This document shows positions 22,707-35,325 of a stretch of 64,000 bases of DNA, in pieces; position 1 is the stretch's first letter, and each line of letters begins with the position of its first letter. The translations under genes and the position numbers were made by a program. Source of the stretch: Leucoraja ocellata (Eukaryota); NCBI GenBank assembly GCA_036785375.1, contig JAWMAR010000003.1:17360001-17424000 (forward strand). The letters run 5' to 3'. The notes beneath the pieces were generated by a model, which was not told the DNA's origin, ran no database searches, and worked only from the letters and a program-made list of their open reading frames with translations.

Positions 22707-23877
22707 ACACTCAAAGACACCTGGACCATTTCCGACATTTCCCTACCATTTGTAGACCACACTATCTCCATCGCAGGTGATAAACTACTGACTGACATCC
22801 ACTATAACCCACTGACTCCCATGGCTATTTGGACTACACTTTTCCCCACCCTGCTTCCTATACGAACTCGATCCCCTACTCCCAATTCCTCCGTCTATGC
22901 TGCATCTGCACCCAGGATGAGGTGTTCCACACCAGGGCATCGGAGATGTCTTCATTCTTCAGGGAACGGGGGTTCCGCGCTTCAACTATAGATGAGGCTC
23001 TCACCAGGGTCTCTTCTATACCCCATAACTCTGCTCTCACTCCCCATCCCCCCCCCCCCACTCGAAACAAGGGCAGAGTCCCCTTTGTCTTCACCTTCCA
23101 CCCCACCAGCCGTCACATACAACAAATAATCCTCCGACATTTTTGCCACCTCCAACGGGATCCCACCACTGGCCACATGTTCCAATCTCCTCCCCTGGTT
23201 GCTCTCCGTAGAGACCGCTCCATCCGTAACTCCCTGGTCCATTTGTCCCTTCCCACCCAAACCACCCCCTCTAATGGCACTTTCCCTTTCAACCGCAGGA
23301 AATGCTACACTTGTCGCTTTACCTCCCCCCTTGACTCCATTCAAGTACCCAAGCAGTTTTTCCAGGTGTGGCAGAGATTCACCTGCACCTCCTCCAACCT
23401 CATCTATTGCATCCGCTGCTCTAGATGTCAGCTGCTCTACATTGGTGAGACCAAGCTTAGGCTTGGCGATCGCTTCGCCCAACACCTCCGCTCAGTTCGC
23501 ATTAACCTACCTGATCTCCCAGTGGCTCAGCACTTCAACTCCCCCTCCCATTCCGAATCCGACCTTTCTGGCCTGGGCCTCCTCCATGGCCAGAGTGAGG
23601 ACCACCGTAAATCGGAGGAGCAGCACCTCATATTTCGCTTGGGCAGTCTGCACCCCAGCGGTATGAACATTGACTTCTCTAATTTCTGGTAGTCCCTGCT
23701 TTCACCTCCCCTTCTCAGCTCTCCCTCAGCCCACTGTCTCCTCCTCTTCCTTTCTTCTTCCTGCCCCCCCCCACCCTCAATTCAGTCTAAAGAAAGGTCT
23801 CGACACGAAACGTTGCCTATTTCCTTCGTTCCATAGATGCTGCCTCACCCGCAGTTTCTCCAATATTTTTGTCTACC
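22707..23877 (+). mobile_element. Penelope-like element, 5' truncated, 15-bp TSD
   Basis: TTTGTTCATCTTAAT at 22692-22706 and 23878-23892; GIY-YIG ORF; pLTR 3' end. Confidence 0.92.
22829..23692 (+). CDS. Penelope RT C-terminus + GIY-YIG endonuclease (truncated TE ORF, 287 aa)
   Basis: SIPYSQFLRL, FTCTSSNLIYCIRCSRCQLLYIGETKLRLGDRFAQH, PVAQHFN, PSGMN. Confidence 0.85.
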   Translation: MDYTFPHPASYTNSIPYSQFLRLCCICTQDEVFHTRASEMSSFFRERGFRASTIDEALTRVSSIPHNSALTPHPPPPTRNKGRVPFVFTFHPTSRHIQQIILRHFCHLQRDPTTGHMFQSPPLVALRRDRSIRNSLVHLSLPTQTTPSNGTFPFNRRKCYTCRFTSPLDSIQVPKQFFQVWQRFTCTSSNLIYCIRCSRCQLLYIGETKLRLGDRFAQHLRSVRINLPDLPVAQHFNSPSHSESDLSGLGLLHGQSEDHRKSEEQHLIFRLGSLHPSGMNIDFSNFW

Positions 23878-24149
23878 TTTGTTCATCTTAATTGGGATTA
23901 CTTTCCAATTTTAATCATGAGTAGGGATAATTTTAAGAGATGAAACATCTTTGTCAAAATGCTCTCTGTCATGAATGTAGAAGATCTCCGAGTTAAAGTT
24001 TATTGCATGAAGCAATTATACGCCAGATGCATGTATGCATATATGTATGTTAGCTCCAGGTTATTCTCACAAAAAAAGAGATTTTATTATCTTCAAACTT
24101 CTTCAAACTGTACTTCGATATCATAGACGATGGGATGTTCTTCAAGATG

Positions 24150-24533
24150 ATGAGGTGTACCTTATAGAGGTTATTAAAACCATGAGAGGAATAGATCGGG
24201 AAGATGCACAGAATCTCTTGCCCAGAGAAGGGGAATCGAGGACTAGAGGACATGGCTTGAAGGTGAAGGGGAAAAGATTTAATGGGAATCTGAGGGGTAA
24301 CTTTTTCACACAAAGGGTGGTGGGTGTATGGAACAAGCTGCCAGAGGAGGTAGTTGAGGCAGGGACTATCCCAACGTTTAAGAAACAGTTAGACAAGTAC
24401 ATGGATAGGACAGGTTTGGAGGGATATGGAACAAGCGCCGGCAAGTGGGACTAGTTTAGCTGGGACATGTTGGCTGGTGTGGGCAAGTTGGGCCAAAGGG
24501 CCTGTTTCCACACTGTATCACACTCTATGACTA
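24150..24533 (+). mobile_element. CR1 3' fragment
   Basis: LIEVIKTMRGID, TRGHGLKV, FFTQRVVGVWNKLP. Confidence 0.88.
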
Positions 24534-24587
24534 AGTTTTCGCCTCCAGTTACCAACTGAATTGTTCACTGCCATTCACAGCTAGATA

Positions 24588-24810
24588 TAAACATAGAAAC
24601 ATAGAAAAATCGGTACAGGAATTGGCCATTCGGCCCTTCGAGCCAGCATTGCCATTCAATATGATCATGGCTGTTCATCTAAAATCAGTACACCGTTCCT
24701 GCTTTTTCCCTATATCCCGTAATTCCTTTAGCCCTAAGAGCTAAATCTAACTCTCTCTTGAAAACGTCCAGCGAATTGGCCTCCACTGCCTTCTGTGACA
24801 AAGAATTACT
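24588..24810 (-). mobile_element. CR1 3' UTR fragment
   Basis: (CATAGAAA)n tail and GGCCATTCGGCCCTTCGAGCC as at 14940-15000. Confidence 0.8.
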
Positions 24811-25099
24811 TCTCTCCAGAGATGTTGCCTGGCCAGAGGGAACAGGATTGGCAGAGCTTTGATTTTAATATTCAACATAGCCTTTTGCATGCTGTGTTTG
24901 CTGCTTAACAGGCACGTAATCCTGCCTTGTAGTTTTCATAGTGTTGTGTCGCAGTTTCCATTTTTTTAAAAACAAACTAGGACAACAGATGTGACTGTGA
25001 GAAATGTAACCTAATTATTTCACTTCTTAATGGTGGCTAAAGGAGGTGCAGAACAGTCAGGGTATAGACTCACAGAGCTGCATGGACTGCTCCATTATT

Positions 25100-25475
25100 A
25101 TCATAATGACTAAGAAGGCATACCAACGCCTCTACTTCCTCAGGAGACAATGGATATTTGGCATGTCTCCAATGACTCTTCCAAACTTCTGCAGATGCAT
25201 CATCGAAAGCATATTGCTGGGTTGCGTCATAGCTTGGTTTCCAACAGCTCTGCCCAAGACTGCAAAAAAATTGCAGAAAGTTGCAGATGTAGCCCAGTCC
25301 ACCACACAAGCCAGACTCCCCACCATTGATGCCATCTAGATATCAAGCTACTTCAGAAAGCAGCCATCATAAGCAAAGACTTGCCTCTTCACCCCGCTTT
25401 CATCAAACAGAAGATACAGAAGCCTGAAAATGCACATTTCCAGACTGGAACAGCTTTTTTCCTCTCTGTTATAGG
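25100..25475 (+). mobile_element. Degraded Rex1/Babar fragment
   Basis: KKAYQRLYFLRR, FCRCIIESILLGCVIAWF. Confidence 0.75.
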
Positions 25476-25555
25476 GTGCAATCTGATTTTCCTCTACCTC
25501 AATGTCACAGGACATTGTCTCTGGAATTGTTGTGCTATATTGCTGAGAACTATAT

Positions 25556-26207
25556 TCACAAGTTCACAAGTTATAGGAGTAGAATTAGGCCATTTGGCCC
25601 ATTGAGACCACTCCGCCATTCAATCATGGCTATCTCTGCTTTCAAAATATCCACTGACGTGACCTCCACAGCCCTCCGTAGCAATGAGTTCTACAGATTA
25701 ACCAACCACTGACTAAAGAAGTTCCTCCTCACCTCCTTTCCAAAAGAGCGCCCTTTAATTCTGAGGCTATGACCTCTGGTCCTAAACTCTCCCACCAGTG
25801 GAAACATCCTTTGCATATCCACTCCATCTATGCCTTTCATTATTCTGCAAGTTTCAATTAGCTAACTCCTCAACCGTCTAAACTGCAGGGAGTAGAGGTC
25901 CAGTGCTGTCAAACACTCACCCTATGCTAAGCTGCTCATTCCTGGAATCATTCTTGCAAACGTCCTCTGGACCCACTCCAGAGCCAGCACATCCTTCCTC
26001 AGATATGGGGCCCAAATTTGCTTGCAGTACTCCAAATGCGGCCTGACCAGCACCTTATAGAGCCTCAGCATTACATTTCTGTTTTTGTACTCTAGTCCTC
26101 TTGATATAAATGCTAGCATTGAATTTGCCTCCCTTACTACTAATTTGGTTTGCAAATTATTTTTTTGGGGAGTCTTGCACCAGCACTCCCAAGTCCCTTT
26201 GCACCTC
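25556..26207 (-). mobile_element. CR1 3' fragment
   Basis: ANSMLAFISRGLEYK, LVRPHLEYC; (CACAAGTT)n tail; same subfamily as 60560-61175. Confidence 0.88.
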
Positions 26208-27964
26208 TGCACCATATTCTGCACTCTGTATCTTCCCTTCATTCTACCTTCTGTACTTGAATTTGGCTTGACTGTAATTAGGATAGTATTATCTGATTTG
26301 ACTTGATAGCATGTAATACAAAGCTTTTCATTGAACATCGGTTCATGTGACAATACCAAACCTATTAGACATTAATAGTGATATATGTGCTTTTTGAGAA
26401 CATCATCGTGTTATGTTCTACCTCTGAAAACTATCCCATTAGCTCCAATTGAATGAACTCTGGAAGCATCAAATTGTGCAGTGATATAACTCTTAGCACA
26501 TTTGTATTGACCAAGAGTGGATTTGTAGATATTTATGCTTCCATCTGAGGAGGGAAACGAGAGACCTCCTTTCAGCATCTTATCCCAAGACGACAATAAT
26601 TAGCCTGCCCTTGGTATTTTGCAGAAATGACTAAATTATTAAATTGTGTGGCCTTGGCTTGGTGTAAAATGGGATCTGTGGCACTCTGGCAAGAGTACTG
26701 TCCACTGAATTGAGCACACACACTTTGAGTATTTTTCTCCAGTACTGCACTGAATAATGTGATAACATACCGTGCAATCGAAATGCATTTGAGTTCATTT
26801 TTTTTCAATCTGATTTTGATGCTAATTGTTCAAAGAACTGAGATACTGAATTGGTACATTTTCCAGAGAATCTTGCTGTCATTGATCCAATGCACATTGA
26901 ATTCTTCACAATGCATCATTTTTTTCAGAACTTCAGGCAATTTCTCATCTGCATTGGTGGGATTTGAGATTCTCCCAAGGATGCTGCTTGATGGTCCCAT
27001 ACCACATAGATGAATCAATTAATTATTATAATCCTGCATGTGGGGTTATTTTTTCCATCCCAACTTTAATTGTCGTCAGGATACTTTCAGCAAACTTCTG
27101 CTCGTCTCAGCAGGGAAAGCACAAGATCCATAAGAAGAGAGGGGACAAATGGGAAGCTCAACTCATCCTGCTGTGCAGTATTTTTTTTCCTGTTGGCTGA
27201 TCTTGAAACAAAATAATATTGACCATGGAATCAAAAGTGTCCAGACTATCCAAACAGGGTAAAGAAAAATGTGGAGACTAAAGTCTTATTTTCTATCATT
27301 TTATTGAGATTTTCTCAGTTTGATCATTGCTGTTTATAGAGGCAGAAGAAACACAAGCTGCATTTGCAGTGTACTAATGGAAGAAACAAGGAAAGATTAT
27401 TTATAGGAACTAAGGATTAATGCCATAAATTCACAAAACGTCAAGCTCCAAATGTTAGCTTATCAACGTCATCAATAACTGCCTAAAATGCCATGACAAT
27501 TTCAGCAAAGCAGAATTCCCTGGCAAGCTGTGCAGATGGATTTCAGTTATGATTAATGGCATAGTGCTGATGAGAAGATATGGAATAAAAAAGTATATTG
27601 TAAGAAATAGTTTCCCTTTTTGGCTTTGTGTCTGTTCTACTGTCAAAAGCAGTTGGAATAATAAATTAACTTGATACTGTACCATTCTAACAACAAGCAT
27701 GAACACATCTTTCAGGTCAAACCATTAGGTGGATGTCAGAGAGTCATAGAGTCATACAACACAGACCCTTTGTACCAACTCGTCCATGCCGAACCATGAT
27801 GCCCCATCTAAGCTGCTCTGATTTGCCTGGATGAGCCACATTAATTTGTTTACTCTACTTTCTATGCAATTGTTTTTTGTAGCATAACCTGCTGGAAAAG
27901 TTCAACATAACAGGATATAGGAGACCTCAGTGAATAATGGAAGCAATATTGAGAAATAAATAGA

Positions 27965-28170
27965 GAGTATGGAGAAGTTTAAGGTGAAAAGGACAAAGAA
28001 CAGAAGGGGTGACATTTACACTCAGAGGCTGGTGGGTATATTGAATGAGCTGCCTGAGGAGGTAGGTATCATAACAGTATTTAAAAGACACTTGGACGTA
28101 CATGGATTGGAAAGGTTTACGGGAATATGGGCCAAATGCAGGCAAATTGCACAAGCCTTGATGGGGCAAG
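27965..28170 (+). mobile_element. Degraded CR1 3' fragment
   Basis: YTQRLVGILNELPEEV, FKRHLD. Confidence 0.7.
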
Positions 28171-28309
28171 ATTGTAACTTATTCCGAGTGTGTGTAGGAT
28201 TATGTTAGTATGCGGGGATCGCTATTCGCCGCTGACTCAGTGGGCCGGTGGGTCTGTTTCCGCGCTTTATCCCTAAATAAAACTAATCTAAAAAGTTGAA
28301 GTCCAAGTC

Positions 28310-28445
28310 TTCAGTCTGAAGAAGGGTCCTGACGGAAATGCTACTCATTCTTTTTCTCCAGAGACGCTGCCTGACCCGTTGAGTTCCTCCAGTAATTTGT
28401 ATCTATCTGTGGTAGACACCAGCATCTGCAGTTCCTTTCTACGCT
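28310..28445 (+). mobile_element. Penelope pLTR-derived fragment
   Basis: GTCTGAAGAAGGGTC...TCTCCAGAGACGCTGCCTGACCCG...CCAGCATCTGCAGTTCC. Confidence 0.7.
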
Positions 28446-28454
28446 ACACGTCTT

Positions 28455-29545
28455 CAGAGTACAACTCGAACAACGCTTTGCCATACAATAAATCTTTTTA
28501 TGACCTTTGTGAATCTATCAAGGATGCCATGAGGGAATTCCAGACCAAGCTAGAGCCCTAAGGCAACGATGCAGACACTCGTCAATTGTGGAAAGGCTTG
28601 CATGCTGTAATAGGCTACAGAGTGAATTCAGGCAGTATTGTTGGCAACATCATATCCCTCCCCAATAAGCACAATGCAGTCCATGCTTGCTGTGAACAGA
28701 AGGTCAGTGGAAGGACATCACCTGCCCTGTTAGTCTAGGGTACGTCTGTACCAAACGTCATTGTGGCAAATGTAAGATTGGTCTCTTTGAGAGTGAGTCT
28801 ATGGAAAGCAGCTGACCTGGAAGGAGTCCCCGGCTCTGTCCTCAGGACATGTGCGCACCTGCTGACAGAAGTAGTTACAGACATCTTTAACCTTCCACTA
28901 CTCCATTCTCGTCTCCCCACCACTTCAAGAAGACCACCATCATACCAGTGGCAAATGAAAGTAAGGTAGTGTGCCTCGATGATTACCGTCCAGTGGCTCT
29001 AACATCCACCATGATGAAGCACTTTAAGAGACAGGTGATGGTACACGTTAACTCCAGCCTCCCGGACAGCTTTGATCCACAATAGTTTTTCTAGCATTGC
29101 AACAGATGTCTACAGCAGCCTGCTGTGGGCACCATCTCCTTAGCCCTGAACTCATCTCTAGAACACCTAGATAATAAGGACATCTATGTCAGACTCCTAT
29201 TTATTGATTATGACTCCACTTTCAACACCATAATCCCATCCAAACTCATCTCCAAACTAATGGACCAGGAATCCAGCACCCCCCTCTGTCATTGGATTCA
29301 GAACTTTCTGGTCAATGGACTACAATCAGTGAGGATAGATGACAATGCACCCTCCACAATAATTCTCAATACTGGTGCCCTGCAAGGATGCATTCTCAGC
29401 CATTTACTATACTCCCTACACTCATGATTGTGCAGCCAAATTCTGCTCTAACTCCATCTATTAAATTTGCAGATGACACTACTGTAGCGGATTGGAGCTT
29501 GAACAATTATGAGACAGAGTACAGGAAGGAAAGAGGGAGTTTAGT
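28455..29545 (+). mobile_element. Degraded Rex1/Babar RT fragment
   Basis: [56 protein letters not shown]. Confidence 0.85.
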
Positions 29546-29559
29546 ACCATGGTCTCTTA

Positions 29560-29915
29560 GCAGAGAATCTGCAGAACGACTTGGACAGGTTAGAAGAGTG
29601 GGCAGAGAAGTGGCAGATGGAATGCAGCGTAGCAAATTGTGGAGTCATGCATTTTGGTAGGAGGAATACAGACGTGGACTATGTTTTGAATGGGGAGAGA
29701 ATCCAGAAATCGGAGATGCAAAGGGACTTAGAAGTGCTGGTGCAGGTTTCCCAAAAAGTTAATTTGCAAGTCGAATCGGTAGTAAATAGGCAAACGCTAT
29801 GCTAGCATTTATTTTGAGAGGACTAGAATACAAAAACAGGGATGTAACACTGAAGCTCTATAAGGCGCTGGTCAGACCACATTTGGAGTATTGTGAGCAA
29901 TTTTGGGCCTCATCT
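29560..29915 (+). mobile_element. CR1 RT fragment
   Basis: DRLEEWAEKWQM, QRDLEVLV. Confidence 0.8.
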
Positions 29916-31927
29916 TTGGTATGGCTAGTGGTTTATTATTGTCAGGTGTATTGAGATACAGTGAAAAAATATTATTTGTGTGAAATCAGACTGTACAAAA
30001 TTTAAAAAGTTTAGATCTTCAGATGAGAGAGAAAAGGAGTGGAAACTACCTTGCAGATCCCAGCTCTATTTCTGAATCCTACAGTGTAGCTTAGAATTGG
30101 GATCAGCTCATGGGAAGGCATGTGGAACAAATGGCCTTTTACCAATATTTGTGCATCATCTGATGGCATATTTCAGGTTCTACTGTTACATAAAGAGCTT
30201 CCACTGAAGATATAAATGCAGCAACAGGAGTTCAGATTGAATGCACACCGTTTCTGCTCACTTACAGCCAGCTGGTGGATATCAATGCTCAAAGATGCTC
30301 AGTGTGCCTCCGCAGTCCAACAAGCAGTCGACCAACAGATCACCAGGAGTGCTGAGGTGCAGTAACTCCATGGACCACAAGCTTGCTCCCGTAGATCAGG
30401 ATGAGAGTGTTCCAGATCCCAGAACTGCCATTATTCTTAGTGTTGGCTATTATTCTGCTCGGATGGCTGCTGCTCAATGTGAGAGTGTGCAGCCTGAAGG
30501 AGGGTCTATCACCCAGAGTTACTGGGGAGAGTGTGATGGTCAGTGACAGTGGAAGTATGGGTGTGTGACAGATACTGAATGAACGGGTTAAGGTTTCCAA
30601 CAATAGTTGATCTAATTTTTCACACACAGCTTGGATAGAAATGGACTGTTTAAGTTGTTACTCTCTTCTTCCGCCTCCTCTATCTATCTCCTCCTGTTAC
30701 TCTGTTCTTCAACCTAGCAGGTGCTGGCCACACACAAACGACAAGCATAGAGGATTGAAACACATTTCTTGAGAATCATCTACAGTGTTCTTCTAGAGTA
30801 GTTTTGATTGTTCACTCCTAGCTTCACCATGCCAATGGTTGGAGAATCACACTTCCTCTGGTGTCTTGTATGTGTGCTCACAGTATTAGGAACCTTATGT
30901 CATAGATAATCCTTGATACCCAATAGCTGTCTGTTGCTTAGCTGATGCAGCTACAGGCACAGACTGAAGGCTTTGCGAGTGCCTCCTGGATACCAAGCAC
31001 TGATCTGCAAGCTATGCTGTGCATGGTCATAAATCAACTGAAAAAATTAAGAGAATGGAATGCCTTTTGCTAATGAAGTAGCAAAGTTCACAAATGGGGC
31101 TATCAATTACATTAGAATCAAATGGTATCAAAATCACATTGTGGATGTATCTAACACTGTGCAAAATAATCAAGAATTTTAATTTTGCACTTCACAGATT
31201 AGCAGACATACTAAAAATTGTTGCACATTGATGTGTTGCAAGTTCTCATTATTGTTAGTATTAAAGCCTCATAGCTGCAATCCATGCAGCCAGATCATAA
31301 AGAGATGAGCTAAACTCAGCTTCCTATTCATGCAAACCTTTAAGTTTATGTAATTTCTTTGCAACCTTCTAAAACATAACACTTCATATTTCCTTCCATA
31401 TCTAGTGTATGTTTGCATAGAGACAATTTAAATTATCCATATTTCCCAAATTCTATTGCTAACTTTTCATTGCTTACTATATTTTCAAGTTGTACATCAT
31501 CCATAATTTTGAAAATGTGTCCTGTATATCCAAATATAGGTCATTAAAATACATACCTCCAGTCTAACACCATCAATTTGGATAACTTTTTTATTGGATG
31601 ATAGCTTATCAAATGTCTTTTGAAAGTACGTCTACAACACATCAGCATTTCCTTCATTAACCCTCTGTTATCTCACAGGAGAACTCAATGAAGTTAGTAA
31701 TCTATAATAGTAAGATTAAACGAGAACTTACCAGTTTGACGTTTGATCTTTATTTTATGAGGAGTTACGTTGATGATTACGTGAAGAAGCCCGCCAGTGC
31801 GCATGCACGTCAATCCTCAAAGCAGCGGTATGCAATCACAGATAGCAGAATATTTGTAACATAGTAAGATCAGCAACATGAGAACTACCATATGACCTTT
31901 ATGAGAGAGAGGGTTGGGCATGGTGGG

Positions 31928-32033
31928 CACGTAATCACCAACGTAACTCCTCATAAAATAAAGATCAAACTTCAAACCGGTAAGTTCTCGTTTAATCTTA
32001 CTATTTTACTTCAGAGTCACGTGAGTGATTCCG
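31928..32033. other. DIRS internal complementary region (ICR)
   Basis: 31928-32005 is the reverse complement of 31706-31783; 32008-32033 is the reverse complement of 35875-35900; joined by a T run. Confidence 0.9.
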
Positions 32034-32249
32034 CAAAGAGTTCAAAGCTCTATGATTTCATGCTGCAGATTCAAATCCCGGTGTCTCACTGCATCGATTG
32101 ACTCAGAATGAGTGAATAATCAACAATGCATTAACCATAACATTGATTCAAATGTATTCATGGCTTATGTGAATAAAGCAATCAATAGCAACACCTCTAT
32201 GTCAGGGGAGGCTAAAGTGAACACAAAGCAGAATGGGCAAACAGCCAGG

Positions 32250-32900
32250 GTCGCCAATCAGCCTATGGTAAAAAAAAATTGAAAATGCATTCACTTGACC
32301 ATCCTGCGGTCACGAGGATATGGTCGATGGGAACCTCCATTCCGCCCTGATGGAATGAGATGTAAAATCGTCGGTGTCAATACCTGCATAAACCAGAACC
32401 TGCTTCAGACACCTTAAAATAGTCTGAACTGACTTATTCTTGTGTGATTGGTTGTGGCTAAAAAAACAATGCTGATTCCACACCTCGTAGGGTTCTGGTG
32501 GCCTTGATATAATATAGCAAAACTGCCCTCACACATAGACGTGAGTCCGTGGGGTATGTTGAAATATGATCTTAAATCCTGCCACCCTTGGTCTGCTCTG
32601 CTTGTGTAGATCAGAATGTAAAACTTAATGGCATCTGCACCCATTTCCATCCTATCTAGCCGCAGCTTTTGAAATGTCTGCCCTTGTTGTGCTGATCCTA
32701 GTGTCATGACTAAGGATGTAGCTGGCTTTGGTGAAGTATTGTTAACCCAATGTCAATATCCCATACTGCATATACATGTACTGGGAGAAATTGTGTTAAA
32801 GACATCGTTTACAAACTCGATATCCAGGGTTGAAAAAACCCGACTGGAAGACGTCAGTAATCTGCACCATATTAAATGTAACATTAAGATTAAACAAAAC
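32250..32900 (-). pseudogene. DIRS tyrosine recombinase remnant
   Basis: MTLGSAQQGQTFQKL and EVPIDHILVTAGWSSECIF..FY (AGW...F..FY motif). Confidence 0.75.
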
Positions 32901-33109
32901 CCCTTCCCATCTCATAAATAGGAAAGTACTGCTTTTGTGTTGCTCTCCCTGCAATCTGCAGTGAGCACATGAATGACTCGATGTGACAGCCTGAGCCGTA
33001 AGGCAGTCCATTGAGAATGTGTAAATCAATAATTGTTTTTTTTATGCAGAGGCTGGTTTCCTGAACCAAAGTTTGAACCAGCAAAGTTTTTGTTTCTTTA
33101 GAATAACCT

Positions 33110-33290
33110 TATACGGTTGGATTATCATGCCCGATGGAAGCGGGAAGCATGTCTGCACAGCCAATCAGACAGTACGAAAACTAAAGAGAGATCTTGCTGA
33201 CTTTATTTGAAGACCCGACTGATGAGGCAAAATGGAGAAAGGCATAAAAGAACATTCCTCCTTCTTGTGGCGAGAATGTATCTCTCACCA
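33110..33290 (-). pseudogene. DIRS pol C-terminal methyltransferase-like remnant
   Basis: Frameshifted FYAF(S)PFCLISRV resembles the DIRS YAFPPF motif. Confidence 0.55.
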
Positions 33291-33299
33291 CTCGGGGAA

Positions 33300-33785
33300 A
33301 GGAGCCATCTTGGGGAACGGCTGCTAACCAGCAGCCGTCCGTTTAATTCGCTTTTTTTATAATAGTTTTTAGTTAGTCCTGAGTCTCGTCCGTTTGGAGA
33401 AATTGACTTTTCAATGTGGGGGGTAGGTGGCAATTTTATTTCTAGGTCCCTACCTGGTCGGTGAGGCAGCTTTTTCTCCAGGCTGCCCGTCGACCCGTCC
33501 TCGCGGCCTACCAGCGGGCCTGGAGCGCCGTTTCCTGGTGGGGACCGTCCAGCACCTTGGCCTCGTTGGCGGCACAGCGCTGGAGCATTATCGTGGAGCG
33601 GAGCGGGTGATGCCTTGCCTGGGTCGCCGTGCTGGATCGACGTGCTGGAGCTCCGGTGAGCTGAGACCGCCGAGTTCAACACCTCCGGGCTGCGAGTCTG
33701 CGAAGCGGTGCGCGCGGCGCCGATTTCAACATCGGGAGCCTGGGAGCTCCAAACCGGCGTGGCCTTGTCGGCTTCGGAAGCTGGC
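33300..33785 (+). mobile_element. GC-rich non-coding element inserted in DIRS
   Basis: Abrupt CpG-rich block; CAACATCGGGAGC and GGAGCTCCAAACC motifs shared with 3410-3920 and 52825-53437. Confidence 0.5.
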
Positions 33786-33899
33786 TTAGAATGCTAGTAT
33801 TGTGCCTTCTAAGCAGATGACCAAGCTTTTATCCTTTGTATGCTGTACAAACAAGTGTAAATATTACCAACTTGTGAGTGGTCCACTTACCCATGTTTT

Positions 33900-34990
33900 G
33901 GAAGTGCCAGACCCATCTTGTTGAGTAGGACTGGTAGGCTGCGTGGAACCTGTGCCCAGCTGTCATGCTGCCACCAGCTTCAGCGAACCGCCCACTGCCG
34001 ATGAAGGCATAGGGTGCGTTGTCGCCAAAAATGATGAATCTCTCCGTTCATCCATGGTCCCGCTGCAGAGCACCAGCTGCGCATCTGGGTCGACGGCCGG
34101 CTTGTTCCTGGTCCAAACCCGGAATCTGCACCTCTCTTGTAGGGATACCTTTTCTCAGATTTGCCGACCACAGGTGGCTTAACCTTGCTGCGTCTCGGAC
34201 AGCTGCCCTTTCTAGCGAACGTAGTCTTTCCTGAGTGCAGCAGCATTCTTTGCAGCTTCATTTCCTGGGCACGCATGCCACGCCCATCTGACCCCATATC
34301 AGCTGGTTCACTGCCGGCACCTTAAGCAACACGCAGTTCCCCGGGGTCTTGTGTTTCTTTGCGGTCTCATCCATCGTGAGCTCCTGTAGCTGATGGGATA
34401 CTAAATAATTTATTGTGGAGGCCAACTCATCTCCCAGTGGCTCTCCTGACTGATGGAACAGCAAATCGTACTGCCAGGGATGGGACAGCTGCCATTCTTC
34501 GCCTGGATTGAAATCACCGTCAGAGTCGGCGTGCCATGGGTCAGAACTCAGCTGACCCATGGCACGCGCCTCATCAATGGGGGTGCTATCGAGCAGCCCT
34601 TTACTAGGTGCTGCTGGCGCGGCCTCTTCTCCAGCCTACCGCCGACACCACTCCTGCTCCTGGAGTGTGCCATGGGGCAACAACCTCTGTAAGAGGTGCT
34701 CCATTTGGGATAACCGTTGAAAAAACGGTATCCAGCCCCACAGAGGAATTCTCTGCTCCTGACTCCGGCTAGTCAGTGGGCCTAACAGACTTGCTGGTGG
34801 CCTTATGCCCGACTGGCACTGGCTATGTGCTTTGCAGCACCAAGTCTGCAGTCGCCCCACTCCCGGCCGGCGATTGTGCAGGGGTATGAGGCAGCCGTTC
34901 ACAGACCGCACTCCCGCGGCTGTCTACCGATTTTCTTGCGGCTTTCCTCTTTCCCTTGGTCGTCTTCTCCATGGCGTTGTCCTGGAAGAA
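33900..34990 (-). pseudogene. DIRS gag remnant
   Basis: LASTINYL...KHKTPGNCVLLKVPAVNQLIW resembles the DIRS gag P.NC..L.VP.VN..IW motif. Confidence 0.65.
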
Positions 34991-35094
34991 ATACACAGCA
35001 CAGCACCACAGCAAAAACAACCCGGGCTCCAGCAAAGCTTTTTGGCAATTACCTGTAGATTTAAACCCTCACAGCCTCCGTGCGCCAATGCGGC

Positions 35095-35325
35095 TGGTGC
35101 GCTCACACACTAAGCAGCCTGTACCATAGGCCCATGCTGACACATTAAGCAGCCCTGTCCCAGGCGCTGCTGGCACCGCCTGCACCATTGGCGCGCGCTC
35201 ATACACTAAGCAGTCCTGTCCCGGGCGCTGCTGGCGCGGCCTGCACCATAGGTGCGCGCTTACACTCTAAGCAGCCCTCTCCCAGGTTCTGCTAGCATGG
35301 CCTGTATCATAGACCCGCGCTGGTG
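35095..35325 (+). repeat. About 60-bp tandem repeat in DIRS 5' leader, 3-4 copies
   Basis: CACTAAGCAGCCCTGTCCC(A/G)GGCGCTGCTGGC..GCCTGCACCAT repeated. Confidence 0.75.

Noticed and set aside
30660-30935. Faint minus-strand resemblance to an ancient Harbinger transposase C-terminus
   Set aside because: Needs many frameshifts; cannot be supported without an HMM search
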